A stretch of DNA of 64,000 nt from Anaeramoeba ignava BMAN (taxonomy: Eukaryota; Protista; Anaeramoebae), in NCBI GenBank assembly GCA_028826165.1, contig JAPDFW010000125.1, positions 62,001-126,000 on the forward strand, written 5' to 3'. Positions 61,685 through 64,000 of this stretch are shown here, in pieces. The notes below the pieces were generated by a model. That model did no database searches. It was not told the DNA's origin and worked only from the letters and a program-made list of their open reading frames with translations. How positions within the stretch are numbered: the first letter of the stretch is position 1; each line of letters opens with the position of its first letter. Made by a program: the position numbers and the translations under genes.

Positions 61685-64000
61685 TTAAAATTCAAATAAA
61701 AATTGAGAAGGTTTTTGAGCTAATTGAACAGTCAAAATACGAATTAAACTCAAATCAATTTTTTGTTTAATTCTCTTTTCAATCCAATGAGTGATATTTG
61801 ACTGTAATAATTGATGAGAAAAATCTAAAGCAATAAAAGTTTTTTTGAACATTTTAGGGAATTTAAGATGTTTATCAAAAGAAGCAAAAAAACAAGTTGA
61901 GCTCCATAAAGGGGTTGGGTTTTTTCCCAAGGAATTCATTTGCTGGTTGATAGATTCAATATCTTCGAATTCATTAGATAAAGAAGATCTTAAATCAATA
62001 TCTTCATCAGTAAAAGTGTCAATATTTTCATGGAAAATTAATGGAGAATTTTCTTGTGAATTTTGCGGGTTATTTTCTGGGAGATCAATAACCATCACTT
62101 CATCGGGAGACAAACCCATTGACTCGGCAAGACGGATCTTTTCAAGTTGGAAATTTTCAAGTATTGATTTTAATGTTGCGGATCGAAAGGCTTGCAACCA
62201 AATGTCAGTTGTTTCTTGGCTATTTGATCCGATAATAAAACTTCCAACGGAAGAAATAATTTTGATTGCATAAGGAGGATTGTTTCCAAATGCCTTTTCT
62301 GGATATGCTTCTGCGAAAACCGAGATCATTGGGATTTCGTACTGGACTTCGAATGAAGACTCTTTTGTCGGTTTGCAGACGAGAAGATAGTCATTGAAAA
62401 GAAAAAGGTATTTTGGGGAAAATAACGGATTTGGAATTCCGATTGGATTCTCGGTTGAATTGGCAATTGCTGAACGAGTTTTGTGAAGTTTTTTGGAGTA
62501 CAATTTGGCAACCATTCTCTTTGTTGTTCTTTCTGTTACCATTTCCATGTCTGACTGAGAAACTAAGTTCTGGGGTTGAAGGGATGACAAAGATGATGCT
62601 TTCAATTGAATAGGGTCTGAGGAGAGCTGGAAAACACCGTGGATATAAGACAAGCAGTAATGGTTTCTAAGAAAGTTCTCATTTTTTGGGGGACTATTTG
62701 GATAGTCTTTAAATTTGATGAATGAAAGTAAATAATCAATTGCAACGGAAGGACCGAGTTCGTTTATGTTGAGAACGGAAAGTGTTCCTTCCATCAAGAA
62801 TCTGCGCAAGGGTTTTGCGGTAAGATCAAATGTGCCGTGAGAAAGCATGCCTTGGATGTTCTGTATTTTGACTGCGTCTTCTTGAGCGCGTTTTGAATCC
62901 TTGATTTCCTCGGTGATTTTCTTCACAAAACGAAATGCTCTTTGTGATTGAGCAAAATCAGGATGAGTCTTTGGCGTTGTTTTCGCAACTTCCTCCATAA
63001 GCACTGGATACATCCCGACATGTTTGACTGGTTCGAGAAGAAGATTTGTGAGAGTCATCCTGTTCATTCGAGGATCCTCCGCAATTGATCTCATAAAAGA
63101 CGCAAAGACGCTATTTTTTGCGCATTTGGCGATCATTTTTTGAGACTCTTCAAAATGCAAGTGATATGGGATGTATTGTCGTAAGTTCGGCGCAAATTCC
63201 CAGATGATATTCGAGATGCCTTTTGTCGAATTCCATTTCTTAAGATGCTCCTCGAGATCCTTAACAAGAACAGCGCTGAGCTCGAGAATATCACCAACAC
63301 CTCGAAAAATCACCTCCATTTCATTAGGTTTCAAGATCTGCTGTTTGCTTATTGGGGCAATTATGAAGTCGATTAGACTCTTCATGATCTGTGCGTATTT
63401 TTTCTCGTTTTCAAATAATTTTTGGATCGCCGAAAGTCGTTTAAATTCCGTTTTGAGAACTGAATAACATGTTGACTTGTTTTTTTTTGCAAGAACATGT
63501 AAAAATTCCCCGTCTTTTTTCGCCATTACATCTGCACCAGCAATCATCAAACTCTTGCACATTGCCGCATTTCCTGACATCACGGCTTCATATAACGGAA
63601 AGTTCATCTGGTTATTTGGGATATTTGGGTCTGCATCATGCTCAAGAAGTTTTTGAACCAAATTTTCATTTGAAGTTCTTATTGCGTAATGCAGATGAGT
63701 ATCACCGTTCTTGTCTCTCAGATTGAGTGTGTATCCTTGATCGCACAAACTCTCAACCTCGGGGATATTCTGCGAAAGCACCGCGTTAAGAAGCGGTGAT
63801 TGTGATCCAGCCTGAAAAAGCATTTCGGCGATCTCATTGAATCCAGAACTGACAGCTGTCATAAAAGGAGTTTTCAAATGGGAATCTTTGATTGTCAAGT
63901 CTGCTTTGTTTTCGACTAGAATTTCTGCACAAGACGCTCGACCGTTGGCACATGCCAAATGTAATGGAGTTTGTTTTTCCGAATTCTGCCTATTCAAATC
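61685..64000 (-). CDS. Ankyrin-repeat + RhoGEF (DH) + PH protein, 5'-truncated by the window
   Basis: Ankyrin TPLHLAC and GDTHLHYA; DH motifs AIQKLFENEKKY and LLLEPVKHVGMYPVLMEEVAKTTP..HPD; PH motif YLFLFNDYLLVCK. Confidence 0.9.
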   Translation of the reverse strand, partial: DLNRQNSEKQTPLHLACANGRASCAEILVENKADLTIKDSHLKTPFMTAVSSGFNEIAEMLFQAGSQSPLLNAVLSQNIPEVESLCDQGYTLNLRDKNGDTHLHYAIRTSNENLVQKLLEHDADPNIPNNQMNFPLYEAVMSGNAAMCKSLMIAGADVMAKKDGEFLHVLAKKNKSTCYSVLKTEFKRLSAIQKLFENEKKYAQIMKSLIDFIIAPISKQQILKPNEMEVIFRGVGDILELSAVLVKDLEEHLKKWNSTKGISNIIWEFAPNLRQYIPYHLHFEESQKMIAKCAKNSVFASFMRSIAEDPRMNRMTLTNLLLEPVKHVGMYPVLMEEVAKTTPKTHPDFAQSQRAFRFVKKITEEIKDSKRAQEDAVKIQNIQGMLSHGTFDLTAKPLRRFLMEGTLSVLNINELGPSVAIDYLLSFIKFKDYPNSPPKNENFLRNHYCLSYIHGVFQLSSDPIQLKASSLSSLQPQNLVSQSDMEMVTERTTKRMVAKLYSKKLHKTRSAIANSTENPIGIPNPLFSPKYLFLFNDYLLVCKPTKESSFEVQYEIPMISVFAEAYPEKAFGNNPPYAIKIISSVGSFIIGSNSQETTDIWLQAFRSATLKSILENFQLEKIRLAESMGLSPDEVMVIDLPENNPQNSQENSPLIFHENIDTFTDEDIDLRSSLSNEFEDIESINQQMNSLGKNPTPLWSSTCFFASFDKHLKFPKMFKKTFIALDFSHQLLQSNITHWIEKRIKQKIDLSLIRILTVQLAQKPSQFLFEF

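Noticed and set aside
44556-64000. Actin-regulation gene cluster (Rho, SPIN90-like, RhoGEF, plus CARMIL)
   Set aside because: The genes are interspersed with unrelated ones and these families are abundant in amoeboid genomes, so chance is sufficient.

Overview
Gene-dense, extremely AT-rich eukaryotic DNA with GT-AG introns and the standard genetic code. The (NQ)n/(NE)n tracts and RCC1-BTB expansion resemble the metamonad amoeba Anaeramoeba, but the taxon is inference only. About 17 protein genes and one tRNA: CARMIL-like LRR, ZnF-HIT, BTB-TLDc, P-loop NTPase + restriction-endonuclease-fold protein, a CENP-M-like gene missing from the ORF track, tRNA-Val(CAC), Serrate/Ars2, UBFD1, VWA protein, three tandem RCC1-BTB genes, a BEACH giant, Siw14-type phosphatase, Rho GTPase, Vps54, HUWE1/Tom1-like HECT ligase, SPIN90/Ldb17-like, and ankyrin-RhoGEF. 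Three observations stand out. (1) The NTPase+REase gene is bracketed by two ~1.9-kb arrays of the same ~155-bp tandem repeat, in direct orientation and matching phase. (2) The RCC1-BTB paralogues have a near-identical scaffold but are hypervariable at the same few loop codons of successive blades, like a receptor repertoire. (3) A CENP-M-like kinetochore gene. Several genes have 1-2 nt frameshifts in homopolymers or microsatellites that may be assembly errors. All calls are by-eye motif recognition; no searches were run.
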